A stretch of DNA of 63,978 nucleotides, filler included, from Octopus bimaculoides (GCF_001194135.2; 6 parts of 5 records of this genome joined end to end with filler, not necessarily neighbours in it); one strand, 5' to 3'; shown: positions 27,567-40,140, numbered from the whole stretch's first letter. A program made the numbers and translations. Notes: generated by a model from the sequence alone, not told the origin.

Positions 27567-27599
<33 letters not shown>

Positions 27600-27715
27600 T
27601 ACCATCATCATCACCATCATCATCCTAATCATAGTCATCAACATCATCATCATCATCACCATTCATCATAATTATTCTCACCGACATCACCATCACCGAA
27701 ATTACCTTCGTTACA
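25640..27715. repeat. Compound trinucleotide low-complexity tract (GGT/GAT/GTA/GTT, then CAT/CAC)
   Basis: Direct reading. It explains the poly-V/G/T/H pseudo-ORFs. Confidence 0.9.
26653..26862 (-). mobile_element. SINE family A inserted in the trinucleotide tract
   Basis: Aligns with 2441-2653 over ~210 bp. Confidence 0.9.
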
Positions 27716-28609
27716 CAGCNNNNNNNNNNNNNNNNNNNNNNNNNNNNNNNNNNNNNNNNNNNNNNNNNNNNNNNNNNNNNNNNNNNNNNNNNNNNNNNNN
27801 NNNNNNNNNNNNNNNNNNNNNNNNNNNNNNNNNNNNNNNNNNNNNNNNNNNNNNNNNNNNNNNNNNNNNNNNNNNNNNNNNNNNNNNNNNNNNNNNNNNN
27901 NNNNNNNNNNNNNNNNNNNNNNNNNNNNNNNNNNNNNNNNNNNNNNNNNNNNNNNNNNNNNNNNNNNNNNNNNNNNNNNNNNNNNNNNNNNNNNNNNNNN
28001 NNNNNNNNNNNNNNNNNNNNNNNNNNNNNNNNNNNNNNNNNNNNNNNNNNNNNNNNNNNNNNNNNNNNNNNNNNNNNNNNNNNNNNNNNNNNNNNNNNNN
28101 NNNNNNNNNNNNNNNNNNNNNNNNNNNNNNNNNNNNNNNNNNNNNNNNNNNNNNNNNNNNNNNNNNNNNNNNNNNNNNNNNNNNNNNNNNNNNNNNNNNN
28201 NNNNNNNNNNNNNNNNNNNNNNNNNNNNNNNNNNNNNNNNNNNNNNNNNNNNNNNNNNNNNNNNNNNNNNNNNNNNNNNNNNNNNNNNNNNNNNNNNNNN
28301 NNNNNNNNNNNNNNNNNNNNNNNNNNNNNNNNNNNNNNNNNNNNNNNNNNNNNNNNNNNNNNNNNNNNNNNNNNNNNNNNNNNNNNNNNNNNNNNNNNNN
28401 NNNNNNNNNNNNNNNNNNNNNNNNNNNNNNNNNNNNNNNNNNNNNNNNNNNNNNNNNNNNNNNNNNNNNNNNNNNNNNNNNNNNNNNNNNTATATATATA
28501 ATGTAGTGAGTTAGTGCAGTTTTGCTTACATCAGGTACTGAACACGGCATATAAGTTAATAAACTGCAGCGGTAACTTTTCCCCTTTGTTCATGTTTTAT
28601 CACCTAGGC

Positions 28610-28757
28610 TAGGCATGGGCGAGCAACCTTTTTCGCGAAGCAGGCCTCATGAGACACGGCTCATCATCAGGCAGGCTGTATTACTAAAAAGACAAGTCGA
28701 GATAATTTTTCGTTCGCAATTCAGAATGTCCCGCGGGCCGCACTTTGCTCATCACTG
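28610..28757. mobile_element. hAT (Charlie-like) MITE
   Basis: Ends taggcatgggc / gctcatcactg, subterminal cccgcgggccgc, and an 8-bp TSD ACCTAGGC/ACCTAGAC. Confidence 0.7.
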
Positions 28758-30373
28758 ACCTAGACCATATCAGAGATGTAATGGATTTTATTTACAATAA
28801 ATTCCGTATTGAGTACATGAAAGGTAATTTCCCACGCGTTTTACACAAAATAGATAGTATTACATCGGATACTTCCAAGTCCAATTTCTTGTGTGTGTGT
28901 GTGTATGTGTATGTGACAGAGAGGGAGAGAGAGTATTAGGTAAGTGAGTTAATTTTCAAACAAAGCTAATTTAGTGTCCAAAATTAAAATGAAAAGTATC
29001 AAGTTCCAAACGATTAATTATTTAAAACTGAGAAACACTAAAAATACGTGGGAATATAATTAAAGTAATATAATATCTATCTTCGATATCCAGTCTCCAA
29101 ACGCCATGCTGTTTCTGCCGGCCTAGAGTACATCAGTGTATGGTGATCTGATATCTCCATTATCGGAGGTTGTAAAAGGCTTTGTAAGATGTGCGGAGTT
29201 GTTCGTATACAGCACAAATAGTCGATAGTGTTGGAGAAGAGTCGGTAAAAACTACACGCTTATCAATTAACAAAGAAATAACATTGTTGCAATAGTGCTC
29301 GGGCTAGGACAAATGATCAAGCTCTATTTGATGTATCTTTCCATTTTTCTATTTTGTATTTTTTTATCGTGTTCTTCCGCTAAAATCACCTTGTATGAAC
29401 GAATAATTCTCACATGTATTACGAAATGTATATTCATTTAAAGGTCGATAATCGCACATTTTCGTGAGTTCGTTATGGCTACATTTATGGATACATTGGC
29501 TCGTAAACCTGATGTTTTCTCTCTCTTGGTTTTCTATCGTTACCATAAGTGACCTGTACTCATCGAAACTGACTTACGGCTTAACTCTCAAAATTTTTCA
29601 TTTGATTTATTATTCGATAAAGGAAGCAAGTATACCTTTGTTCTTCGTATGCATCGCAGAGTTTGATGCCATTAACGATTTAACTACTGGAAGAACATGC
29701 ACAAGAGAGGATTTTCCGAAGATTGATGCCATGAGAAAGGAGTAGTGACAGGTATGGAGTAGTAAATTCGGAATATTTTTAATGTCTTATGATAGCAGAT
29801 TTCATTGCACATTCGCTCCTCTCTTTTCCTTTTCAGGAGTTATTACGAAGGGCTTTAGTACTCGGAACTGGCTTGTATATAACCCACCTAATTTTTTTCA
29901 TTGAATTATCATGGATAAAAAGGCTGCACTTTTCTGTAACCGGTGGGATTGCTGTCATTAATTTATCGTCTACTATTATAGTCTCCAGTGTGCTGTACGT
30001 TTGTGGGTACGGGTTCTTCATTGTATTTATTGTTTACTCGTCGGGTTTACATCAATGTTAGTGGTTGCTTGTGTTGAGATTTGAAGTCGATGTTAGTAAA
30101 TTAACAATCTTCATGTTTATATTTTAACTATTTTAACTTTTAAATTTCATTCTTTGAAATGATAATTAGTTCTTTTTTCTGTTAGTAAATAAGATATCAA
30201 TTCATACTGTGAGACTTGAAATGTTCCCTACTGTAATTTCCTTTGCTAGATCTTCTATTTTTTAATGTGTGTAGGATATATAATCCGACCAAATTCGAAA
30301 TCTCTGTTCCGTTACAGTTACTCATGGATACACCAAAAAGTTCTTTTCTGTGTTTCTCAACCTAAACGATATA

Positions 30374-30569
30374 CTTTTCTACTCTAGGCACAAGGCCCGA
30401 AATTTTGGTAAAGAGGGCCAGCCGATTAACTGGTACTTAATTTATCGACCCCGAAAGGATGAAAGGCAAAGTCGACCTCGGTGGAATTTGAACTCAGAGC
30501 GTAAAGACAGACGAAATACCGCTAAGCATTTCGCCCGGCGTGCTAACGTTTCTGCTAGGTCACCGCCTT
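30374..30569 (-). mobile_element. SINE family A
   Basis: Aligns with 2441-2653. Confidence 0.9.
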
Positions 30570-30730
30570 TAAAATGGACAATATTGACATCGCTGTCGGT
30601 TATGGGGGTGTATGATTTCTTCAAATTCTAAAACTCTCAGAAGAAGACCTTTAGAAATGGATAGTTAACATTCTACGATTTTCAGTTTGAATTCATTTTC
30701 ATTAAATGACATGAATCAAAAAACAACATA

Positions 30731-31127
30731 GGCACAGGCGTAGCTGTGTGGTAAGAAGCTTGTTTACCAACCACATGGCTCCAGTTTCAGTCCCACTCCA
30801 TGATACCTTAGGCAGGTGTCTTCTACTATAGCCTCGGGCCGACCAAAACCTTGTGAGTGGATTTCGTAGACGGAAACTGAAAGAAGCCCGTCGTATACAT
30901 ATGTGTGTGTGTATGTCTTTGTGTATGTGTTTGTCCGCCCGTCTCCGCTTGACAACCGGTGTTGGTGTGTTTGCGTCCCGTAACTTAGTGGTTCTGCGAA
31001 AGATTATGATAGAAGTACCAGGCTCAAGAAATAAGTCCTGGGGTCGATTTCTTCGACCAAAACCCTTGAAGGTGATGCTGTAACATGGCCGCAATCAAAA
31101 GGCTGAAACAGATAAAATAATAAAAGA
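30731..31127 (+). mobile_element. tRNA-derived SINE, family C, full length with internal (TG)n
   Basis: tRNA-like head, CORE-like ccttaggcaggtgtcttct, internal microsatellite, and a tail shared with 16438, 32596 and 44290. Confidence 0.85.
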
Positions 31128-31448
31128 ACAATATAATATTTCCACTTTGTTCTGTTTATATTCGTGCTATCATCGTATCTAAAATGTATTGGTCGACTAA
31201 TCTCATTTCACTCAATGCTGAGTTGATGACGCCTGTGTTAGATTAAAATTGTATGTGATCCTTTGATGTTGTGTAAGAAACTGTTACATGATCTGAGGCA
31301 TTCTATTCCGTACATTACATTTAAATGAGTTGCCAAAGCATTTGTTTCGTTATATATCATCTTGCATGTCTTTTGGCTTGTTTGCTTATGAGATTTTGTT
31401 ATATTGTTCAGTAGTAGTGTGTCACACTGTATGTATCTCACAGTCTGA

Positions 31449-31560
31449 CAGTGGTTCTTAACCTTATTTTTACCTATGGATCCCTTTGGTTGCTATTTTA
31501 CTCAGGGGGTAGGAACCCTCATGGCCATTCGATGTCTAAAAACTCCTATTATATCTTGAA
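31449..31560 (+). mobile_element. hAT-like element, left end only
   Basis: Starts cagtggttcttaacc..cctatggatccc; no right end was found. Confidence 0.4.
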
Positions 31561-31994
31561 TGTTTGAATTTATCGGTATGTACTTATATATTCCTTTCAT
31601 TTTTTAAAGAGTGGTATATTCTTCTTCAAAATATTTTCAAAGTTAGTGATGTAAATTATTAAATTTTACGTTTTTATTGATTGAATTAAGTGCAACTCTA
31701 ATTTTTCTAGTGCTTTATTTTGAGGAAGATTCTTGTCGGTTTTAAGAAGAAGAATATTTTTTATTCATTTTTCTTAATACATTCTCAGTTTTCTGTCATA
31801 TGTTTAGTATAGACTTGTTACTTTTTTTATGCTACGGTGATATTAGACATTTGTCCACGGTTTTAAATTGCAAACTGGTTAAATCTCAAGCTGTCACAAA
31901 GAGTATAGAGAGATTCAAGAAGCTAAAATTGAGAGAAATGCCATTGTCTCCTTTTCAGGTGTTCTGCTTTTGTTCTATACATTTTCATCGTGTC

Positions 31995-32025
<31 letters not shown>

Positions 32026-32595
32026 TTACTATTAGAACAATAAGATCTTAATGCCAACTTGGTTTTGGGTTTTTCCTTTTTCCATTACGGATCAGCAATT
32101 GTCATTTGAACAGATCGAGAAAACGTGTACTACGAATAATGGCATAACACATTAATCGAATAAAAATCATTATAATCTACAGCTTGTATCAAGTAACTTT
32201 TCACCTTTTCCTTATGACGACAATCGATCTTCCCATCAAACCGAATTTTCATTTAACCAAGTTGGTCTACACAAAGAGGGGACGTTACAGAAACAGACAA
32301 GGGGTTGGGGAACGAACGATTAACAACATAAAGTTAGACATACAATTAAAAATAAATGAAAAATATGAAAATCGAGTGGATTAAAAGAGAATGGATTGAG
32401 GGACGCGGTCAACCCCACAAACCACGTACCAACAATGAAGATCGGGCTTTTTTCCTTTTGTTCTCACTCAAGTAGGTCCATTCACTGATCTTCCCATCAA
32501 AACCAACGATGGTCGAATTTTCTTTGGCTTTTTTTTCTTTTTTTTTTTTTTTTTTTGCTTATCTTCTGTCTCTTTTATTTCTTTCTGTCATTAAT

Positions 32596-32770
32596 CTGCT
32601 GCCATGCTAGAGTACTGCCTTGAAGAATTTTAGTCGAACTAATCGACCCCAGTATTTATTTTCTTTTTTAAGCTCGGTACTTCTTTTATCACTCTGTTTT
32701 ATCGAACCGCTTTGTTATGGGGCGTAAACACAACAACACTAGTTGACAAATAGTGACGGGGGCAGACACA
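32596..32770 (-). mobile_element. SINE family C, 3' half
   Basis: ctgccatgctagagtactgccttgaagaa..tcgaccccagta..ggggcgtaaacac is the reverse complement of the family C tail. Confidence 0.75.
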
Positions 32771-32909
32771 CACACACACACATGCACACGCACACATGCA
32801 CACGCACACCCTCGCGCGCGCGCGCGCGTGTGTGTGTGTGTTAAATAAAATGAGACAACAATGCCAAAGCTGTGTGGAGTTTTCAGGACATTTATAAAGA
32901 CAAAGCTAG

Positions 32910-32955
32910 TCTTACAGCTGTTTCTGGGATATTAGGAATATCCCTTCATCAGAGA
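32910..32955 (-). ncRNA. Minimal type I hammerhead ribozyme
   Basis: UCU-CUGAUGA-A-GGGAUAUU(CCU)AAUAUCCC-A-GAAA-C-AGCU-GUA/AGA. Confidence 0.75.
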
Positions 32956-33470
32956 CGATGTGAGATGGTTAAATAGAGGAAAATTGTAGAGTTCAATATT
33001 GGAGTTATTTTGGACAAGGAAGCAAATAAGGAGTATATAGGGAAATAGGAGACTGAATGCAGAAATAAAAATAAAAATGTATAAAGATGTTATAGTTGCA
33101 ATTCCATTATCCAATGAAGTGGTAGAAATGCTTCCCGTCCGTGGTATGTAAATTCCAATAGGAGTTCATATTTTGTCATCATAAATGGAAAGTGTGGGGA
33201 CATAGATTCCATGTGCTGTTCATTCAAAGGTGTCATGTGGTGTCAACTCCTTTTGGAATTTACATTCCACGGACAGGGAGCGTTTATACCACTTCTACAC
33301 ACCACTTTCCTTGGATAATGAAACTACAACTATAACATCTTTATACATTTTAATTTTTATTTTTACATTCATTCTCTTATTTCCCTATAGACTCCTTAAT
33401 TCCATCCTTTTCCAAAATAACTCCTTATAGTGAACTCTAATATTTCCTTCTATTTAACCACCTCACATCA

Positions 33471-33507
33471 TCTCTGATGAAGGGATATCTCAGAAACAGC
33501 TGTAAGA
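33471..33507 (+). ncRNA. Minimal type I hammerhead ribozyme with shortened stem II
   Basis: UCU-CUGAUGA-A-GGGAUAUCUC-A-GAAA-C-AGCU-GUA/AGA. Confidence 0.7.
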
Positions 33508-33616
33508 CTGACTTTCTCTTTATAAATGTCCTGAAAACTCCACACAGCCTTGACTTTGTTGTCTCATTTTATTTAACACACATACACACACACACATACA
33601 TGCATATATACATATA

Positions 33617-33683
<67 letters not shown>

Positions 33684-34230
33684 NNNNNNNNNNNNNNNNN
33701 NNNNNNNNNNNNNNNNNNNNNNNNNNNNNNNNNNNNNNNNNNNNNNNNNNNNNNNNNNNNNNNNNNNNNNNNNNNNNNNNNNNNNNNNNNNNNNNNNNNN
33801 NNNNNNNNNNNNNNNNNNNNNNNNNNNNNNNNNNNNNNNNNNNNNNNNNNNNNNNNNNNNNNNNNNNNNNNNNNNNNNNNNNNNNNNNNNNNNNNNNNNN
33901 NNNNNNNNNNNNNNNNNNNNNNNNNNNNNNNNNNNNNNNNNNNNNNNNNNNNNNNNNNNNNNNNNNNNNNNNNNNNNNNNNNNNNNNNNNNNNNNNNNNN
34001 NNNNNNNNNNNNNNNNNNNNNNNNNNNNNNNNNNNNNNNNNNNNNNNNNNNNNNNNNNNNNNNNNNNNNNNNNNNNNNNNNNNNNAAATAGAGCTCAAAA
34101 CTGATCCATTAAAAATACTTTATTATAATAATAATAATAATAATGAAAATGACCTATGAATGATTCCTACATATTATAAAATATTATAAAATATGGGATA
34201 CTCCATCTCCTCGGGGTCTCATTATTATTG

Positions 34231-34299
<69 letters not shown>

Positions 34300-35254
34300 G
34301 TAATATGCAGCCAATAAAAATAGAAAACGTTCAAATCCAATTTTCGTAGTTGACCCATGAAAATATACAAACCAGGATGAAAAGGTATGAGATGATATAC
34401 AACCGTTTATCCTAAAGCTGTAGGGAACAAGCAAATGGTAAATTAATTCAAACATAATATATATATAATCCTTCGGTATACGAGTTAATTTGTACCCGGA
34501 GGCCGCTCATAAAACAGAGCAATAATTTTCCATAGTAGCAATGTTATAAATCGTAATTCGTTCCTAGAGGAACATTTTACCTTTAAAATTTATAATACTC
34601 GTACATAAATGGCAATAAAACAACAGTAGAATGTAAAGAATACTTTATATCAAGTAAAAAGAGTGTCAAGATCATTTATAATGAAAAATATTATTATTAT
34701 TATAATCGTTTTCTGAATCACTTTCACTCGCACTAAATTCGTGCGCACCATCACTTGTAGACGCGATGGTCGATTCACAAGTACTCGTAGACGAGCTTGT
34801 AGATTTCTTTTTAAAGATCAAGTCTGGGGTTGTTTGCTTAACACGCAGAAGCATTTGTTATGGTAGTAGAAACTTTTACACTTCGTTCAAAATTTAGATA
34901 TTGTGCTTGAAAAAGAAAACTCGCAAACCTTGGGGTCTCGTAAAGTGGATCTTCGTAAATTGAGGTATTACTGTAGATATAAATAATAATAACTATATAA
35001 TAATGTATCATAATAATAATATATATATATACTCCGATTTAAAGCTACATTTATATATAAAAGATTGACTGAAAAATGATGAGCTAACCCAAGCCAGAAC
35101 CGAACCCACAGATCAAAGCTTACACGGCTCCTTGCGCATCCGATCGGGCAAAACACTCACCCATCAATTTAAGCAAAATTTTATGAATATATACTTTAAC
35201 TGTCCAATAGTATGTATGTATGTATGTATGTATGTATGTATGTATGCATGTATG

Positions 35255-35580
35255 TAGTGAAGTCGCGTGCCTTAGTGGTTAGGACATTCGGCTCACGATC
35301 ATAAGGTCGTGAGTTAAATTCTCGGTGACGCTTTGTGTCCTTGAGCAAGACACTTTATTTCACGTTGCTCCATTCCATTCAGCTAGTAAAAATGTGTAGT
35401 ACCTGCATTTCAAAAGGTCAGCCTTGTCACACTCTGTGCCACGCTGAATCTCTCTGAGAACTACGTTAAGGGTATTCGTGTCGGTGGAGTGCTCATCCAA
35501 TTGCACGTTGATTTCATGAGCAAGCTGTTCCGTTGATCGTATAGCAGGGACCCTCGTCGTCGTAACTGACAGAGTATTCC
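35255..35580 (+). mobile_element. SINE family B head and core with an alternative tail
   Basis: Core tgtgtccttgagcaagacactttatttcacgttgctcc as in 14921, but a different 3' half. Flanked by (TATG)n on both sides. Confidence 0.85.
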
Positions 35581-35949
35581 TTATGTATGTATGTATGTAT
35601 GTATGTATGTATGTATGTATGTATGTATTTATTTACATGTTATATATAATTGTGTGTGTGTGTGTGTGTGTGGTGGAGGTAATGTAATCCGTGTCCATCA
35701 TTTATCCACCACAAATTTCAACTGACCTAATTTCTATCTCAAGTTCTTCTGGATCGTCACATCAACCTGACGTTAATATTTGGTCGCGCTAAATGTTGCA
35801 TAATAACATTGTCACAGACGCCATTACTTACAAACACAGTCAAGATATTACAATGCATTCTTTCCATTTATCATTAAAACCAATGAATAAAATGCCTCTT
35901 GTGTAAAGCGCAAACACCAGACATTATCCATTAATGACAAGGCTAAATT

Positions 35950-36950
35950 TTTGAAAAAAATGTTGACAAATGTGTCTGTAAGAAAATAAGAAATTTGCGA
36001 GAGTTGTCACTATTTATGACAGTAAGAAGCAGAAAAAGACAACTGTTTTTATTTCTTGCTAACAGTAATTCAAAGAAGCGGCCATTTAAATGGAAACAAT
36101 GAAAGATGAAAAAGTACAGAATTAGATTAAGTTGTGATGAAGTGTTTTAGGGTAAGTAAAAATTAACGGTGTTGTGTCTTCTGGAGATATAAAGAAGGAA
36201 CAAGCCCCCAAAAATTCATTTTTTAAAAACCAATCTTATATCATGAGTGAGAATACAGTGAAGAATATAGTGGGGAATAGCTACAGCGTTCCAAGGATCG
36301 TCATGACTTAATGTTTGTGCAGGATGTGGTGAAAATGTTCGACAGACAAGGAAACACCTGCTAAGTTTGTTGCAATTTTGCCAAGTTAATTTCAGATGGA
36401 AATATATCTTCAGCAGATTTACAATGCAGCTGAGGTATCATTGTTTTGAGAATGTACGCGAAGAACACGACAACTGAGGATGCAGAATAACCAACGGGCT
36501 TTAAACCATCAAAAATTATGTCATACTGCGTGGTAATTTGTGAGTCATTGTGTCAGAAAAAAAGGTTGAATAACAACTGACAAAACATTCAATAGTTACT
36601 TTGTTCAAAGTACAAAGTAACATCCAAAGTTACTTTGTTCTCTAAGAGTTCACTGTGATTCTAATGGCGTGAACCACAAGTGTAAGATAATGCTCATTTT
36701 AGACAACTGTTCCGCTCTTCCTAAAGTAGATCTAGTAAAAATAAATGCTTTTTGTCACTAACCTATAGCATACTATGTTCCATTAAATCTAAATACCCAT
36801 TTATGAGCACCTACTGACTGAAGTTAACGCTGGCAAACAAGAATGTGAGTTTCTCAAGGGAGTTAATGTGAAATATTTGGTTTACTGTTTTGTTGAAGCT
36901 TAGAAGTATGTAGAAGCGTTCACCATTTGATCGCAAATGGTCGATGAAAC
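35950..36950 (+). pseudogene. Decayed pogo/Tigger-like transposase
   Basis: Relic motifs in the expected order: TIYDSKKQK, ELD*VVMKCF..NGVVSSGDIKKEQA (CENP-B-like HTH), QRSKDRHDL, QIYNAAEVSLF, GFKPSK, KIMLILDNCSALP (DDE). Many stops and frameshifts. Confidence 0.75.
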
Positions 36951-37029
36951 ATCCAATGACTATTAGCCTTATTTAGAAGCCATAACCATACACTACTCAT
37001 ACTATTTCTGTTTGTGCAGCTTTAAGAAA

Positions 37030-38100
37030 CGCAATTCTAAGTGAAACTTTTATTACAGATATCTAACCTCTACACTACTGGTTGCGTGCGCTTTTATTTG
37101 TGTATAAAGTTTAATATAGAACCAGCAAAGCTAGTGAGGCCTTCGGTAGGCTTTACAAGCGTCCCTGGTCACGCTATAGCATATCTATCTGGTCACGCTA
37201 TAGCATAACTATCCAAACTAAAGTTAAGGTTTATAACATGTGTGTTCTTCAATCAATGCTCTGTGGAAGTGAGACATGATTTATTTATCGTAAACATTTG
37301 AAGCATTTCAAGCAATTCCATCAACATTGTCTTCGGGAAATTCTTGGAGTAAACTGGAGAATGATGATCAGTAATGTAGAGGTACAAGAGAGAGGTTGTA
37401 GTAGGAGTGTAGAATTAATTATTCTTCAAAGTCGTTTCAGGTGGAGTAAACATCTGGTGAAAATAAGTGATAAAAGTATTCCTTTGTACGGTGAGCTGAA
37501 AGATCGTAAAAGGCCTGCACATAAACTCAAAATGAAGTTCAAAGACTACCTTAAAACTGCTTTGGCACAAACAGGAATTTCAGATGCTGATTGGGAGAGA
37601 GAAGCACAAAACCGAAATAGATGGAGGAAAAGACCGCACAGTGGTTGCTCGAAGTTTGAAAGAGAGAGGATGAAGCGCGAAAAGATCAGAAGAAAGCTTA
37701 GAAAGAATGAACCAAAAGAAAATGAAGGAGTATTGATTTTTACGTGTGTGATTTGTAAGAGGAAATGCTTAAGTGGTGCAGGCCTGGTCAGCCATCAAAG
37801 AATCCACGAGAATCGAACCTTTGTATATTTTGATACAGCTATTGATGACTATAGAACATGTACAACCTGTGGAAAGGTGTGCTGTTCAGTTATACTATTA
37901 AAAAGACATGTTAAAAGGCTTCATAATGTGGTACTGGTTCCTTCTACCAGCCAGCACAACTGTGCATTATGCAATGAAATGTGCAAATATTTGGCCAGGC
38001 TCAAGACTCATACAAGGGACTCACATTGCATTATCAATGACTCATTTCAATGATTCTTTCTAGCCTTAGCTTTGCTCGTAAACGAGAAAGCAGCCACTAT
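37030..38100 (+). mobile_element. RTE (BovB-like) LINE 3' fragment with three C2H2 zinc fingers
   Basis: SKASEAFGRL..TKVKVYN..LCGSET*..FHQHCLREIL..RFRW..LYGEL..FKDYLK..WEREAQNRNRWR, followed by three C-x2-C-x12-H-x3/4-H motifs (ORF 37298-38053). Confidence 0.9.
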
Positions 38101-38837
38101 TTATGTATCTCTATGTATGTATGTATGTATGTATGTATGTATGTATGTATGTATGCATGCATGTATGCATGTACGTATGTATGTATGTATGTGTATTTAT
38201 GTATGTATATATACACATACATATATACCTATGCATATATATATATTTATTTATACATATATTTATATATATATATATTACGTATATATTTATATATACA
38301 TAGATGCATATATTTATATATACATAGACGCATGTATATACTTATATATATAAAAAAACTAATATATATGTATGTATGTGTATATATGTGTGTGTGTGTG
38401 TGTGCGTGTATACATGTATGTGTGTGCGCGCACACGCACGCACGCACACGCACGCACGCACACGCACGCACATATATATAGACACTTGCACGTACTCGAA
38501 CATGCGCACACATCAGCTTTTTATGAAATATTAGAGATTTCTTCGTTCGGTTTTATTTCCTCTTTACCGAGACATTGTCGAAGGACTAATTAACTTTTAA
38601 TTATTTATTGAGCAGTTTTAGTAAGGAAATAAATACCTCGTTTTGAGATAATTCATTGTGTGTGCTGCAGAGCACATATGTAGCCATTATCTAATTATGT
38701 TTTTATGTCAATATCTGTTATTTCTAACTCTCCCTCTCTCTCTTTCTCTCCTTCTCTCTCTCTCTTTCTCTCCCTCTCTCTCTTTTTCTCCCTCTCTCTC
38801 TTTCTCTCCTTCTCTCTTCTCTCTCTCTCTATCTGTC

Positions 38838-38867
<30 letters not shown>

Positions 38868-38868
<1 letters not shown>

Positions 38869-39083
38869 TGTGACCGCGTGTGCATCGTTGGCGATTTTCT
38901 TCCTCCGTCTTCCCTTCTTTGAACTTGTCCTATATTTCTGACGAAGAGCTCCGCTCGAAACGTTAAATCCTCTTTCTTTTCTTTCCTTTCCTAAGCGTCC
39001 AATAATACTGTACTTACTCCACGTCCTCGCGTTGTTGTTTTTTCGTGTTTTTTTCTTGCTTGTTCATGCTTGAATCGACTATA
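38868..39083 (+). mobile_element. Short HHR-bearing repeat abutting (TA)n
   Basis: A ~215 bp unique segment between (TA)n and a gap, containing an HHR core. The Penelope-derived assignment is inference. Confidence 0.55.
38934..38968 (+). ncRNA. 35-nt minimal type I hammerhead ribozyme
   Basis: AUUU-CUGACGA-A-GAGC(UCC)GCUC-GAAA-C-GUU/AAAU. Stem III has no loop and sits in the palindrome AACGUU. Confidence 0.7.
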
Positions 39084-39329
39084 NNNNNNNNNNNNNNNNN
39101 NNNNNNNNNNNNNNNNNNNNNNNNNNNTTAATTAATTAANNNNNNNNNNNNNNNNNNNNNNNNNNNNNNNNNNNNNNNNNNNNTATATATATATATATAT
39201 ATATATGCGTGTGTGTGTTTGTGTATGTACATACACTTATATATCAAACCTAGAGAGGTTTCAATCAGTGGACCAGACGATGTCCCAATTTAATACCTTT
39301 TCTTGATGAAGTCTTTGAATCATTCTAAC

Positions 39330-39980
39330 TTATATTTCGGGATATATCCTGTCTTGGTATTGTTTAATTGTTATGGAAGCTTTCATTTGTGTTTTTGGCA
39401 GGATAATTGTGAATAAAGGAAAAGATGTTGAGCTAAGAAAATTTGCGTTAAAGCTATTAAGTGATGTAAACTCAGCTTTCTAGGGAGTTTATGACATGGC
39501 TTTGTAAGTGTTGGGAGATTTTAAACATTTTGCTATCTTAGTCTTAATAACGTTGTCCGAAGATTCTCTGCATCATGCGCATAACGCTATGGCCATATCG
39601 ACGATGAGATTTTTTAAGCTCAACATCACTTTATGATACTTCCATGTTAAACTGTGAGTCACTCAGCAAATGAAGCAACGTAAGCAGTTAAATGGGGAAG
39701 CTTAAGTGTCAGTGTCTTTCGGCGTTGCGACTCTTATGCTTTTGCTCCTGTCTATTCAACTCTAATGAATACCAGCTGCTGCTGAGTTTTCCCCACCACT
39801 CATCTTACGTCAATCCTGAGGATACAGAGGGTGTGTTTAAATCTGCTCAGTACAACATAAGCATCTCAAAGATTAGGGAAAATGGGTGCACATTATATCA
39901 TATGCGCTCACGATTGGTGGCTGATAGAACAGTTAAAGTTGTATTTATGATTTTCAATGAGCAAGCTGAATAGATTTTTA
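39330..39980 (-). mobile_element. Highly decayed CR1/L2-like LINE fragment
   Basis: Short minus-strand relics (acatggaagtatcata, acttacaaagccatgt, tttaacgcaaattttcttagctcaacatc) occur in the order expected for an ORF2 C-terminus. No intact frame. Confidence 0.4.
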
Positions 39981-40140
39981 TGTTGTTTGTTTGCCTATTT
40001 TCGGTTTTCTGTGTCACTGTTGCATTTAAAGAAAGTCTATTAATTCCTTTTAATTCTTGAAAGATATTTATTTTAATGTATATAACTTAATCTGTGAATA
40101 TTCAGACGGATTACATGATTTATGGCATAATATTACACAT

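Larger units (their letters stand above)
32841..33576. mobile_element. Palindromic Penelope-like element with two ~326 bp arms
   Basis: 32841-33166 is the diverged reverse complement of 33245-33576. Each arm has an HHR and a WIMKLQ/WIMELQ relic resembling the end of Penelope GIY-YIG ORFs (inference). Confidence 0.8.

Noticed and set aside
34672-34854. Ser/acidic ORF resembling a piggyBac N-terminus
   Set aside because: No transposase core, TIRs or TTAA-bounded ends were found.
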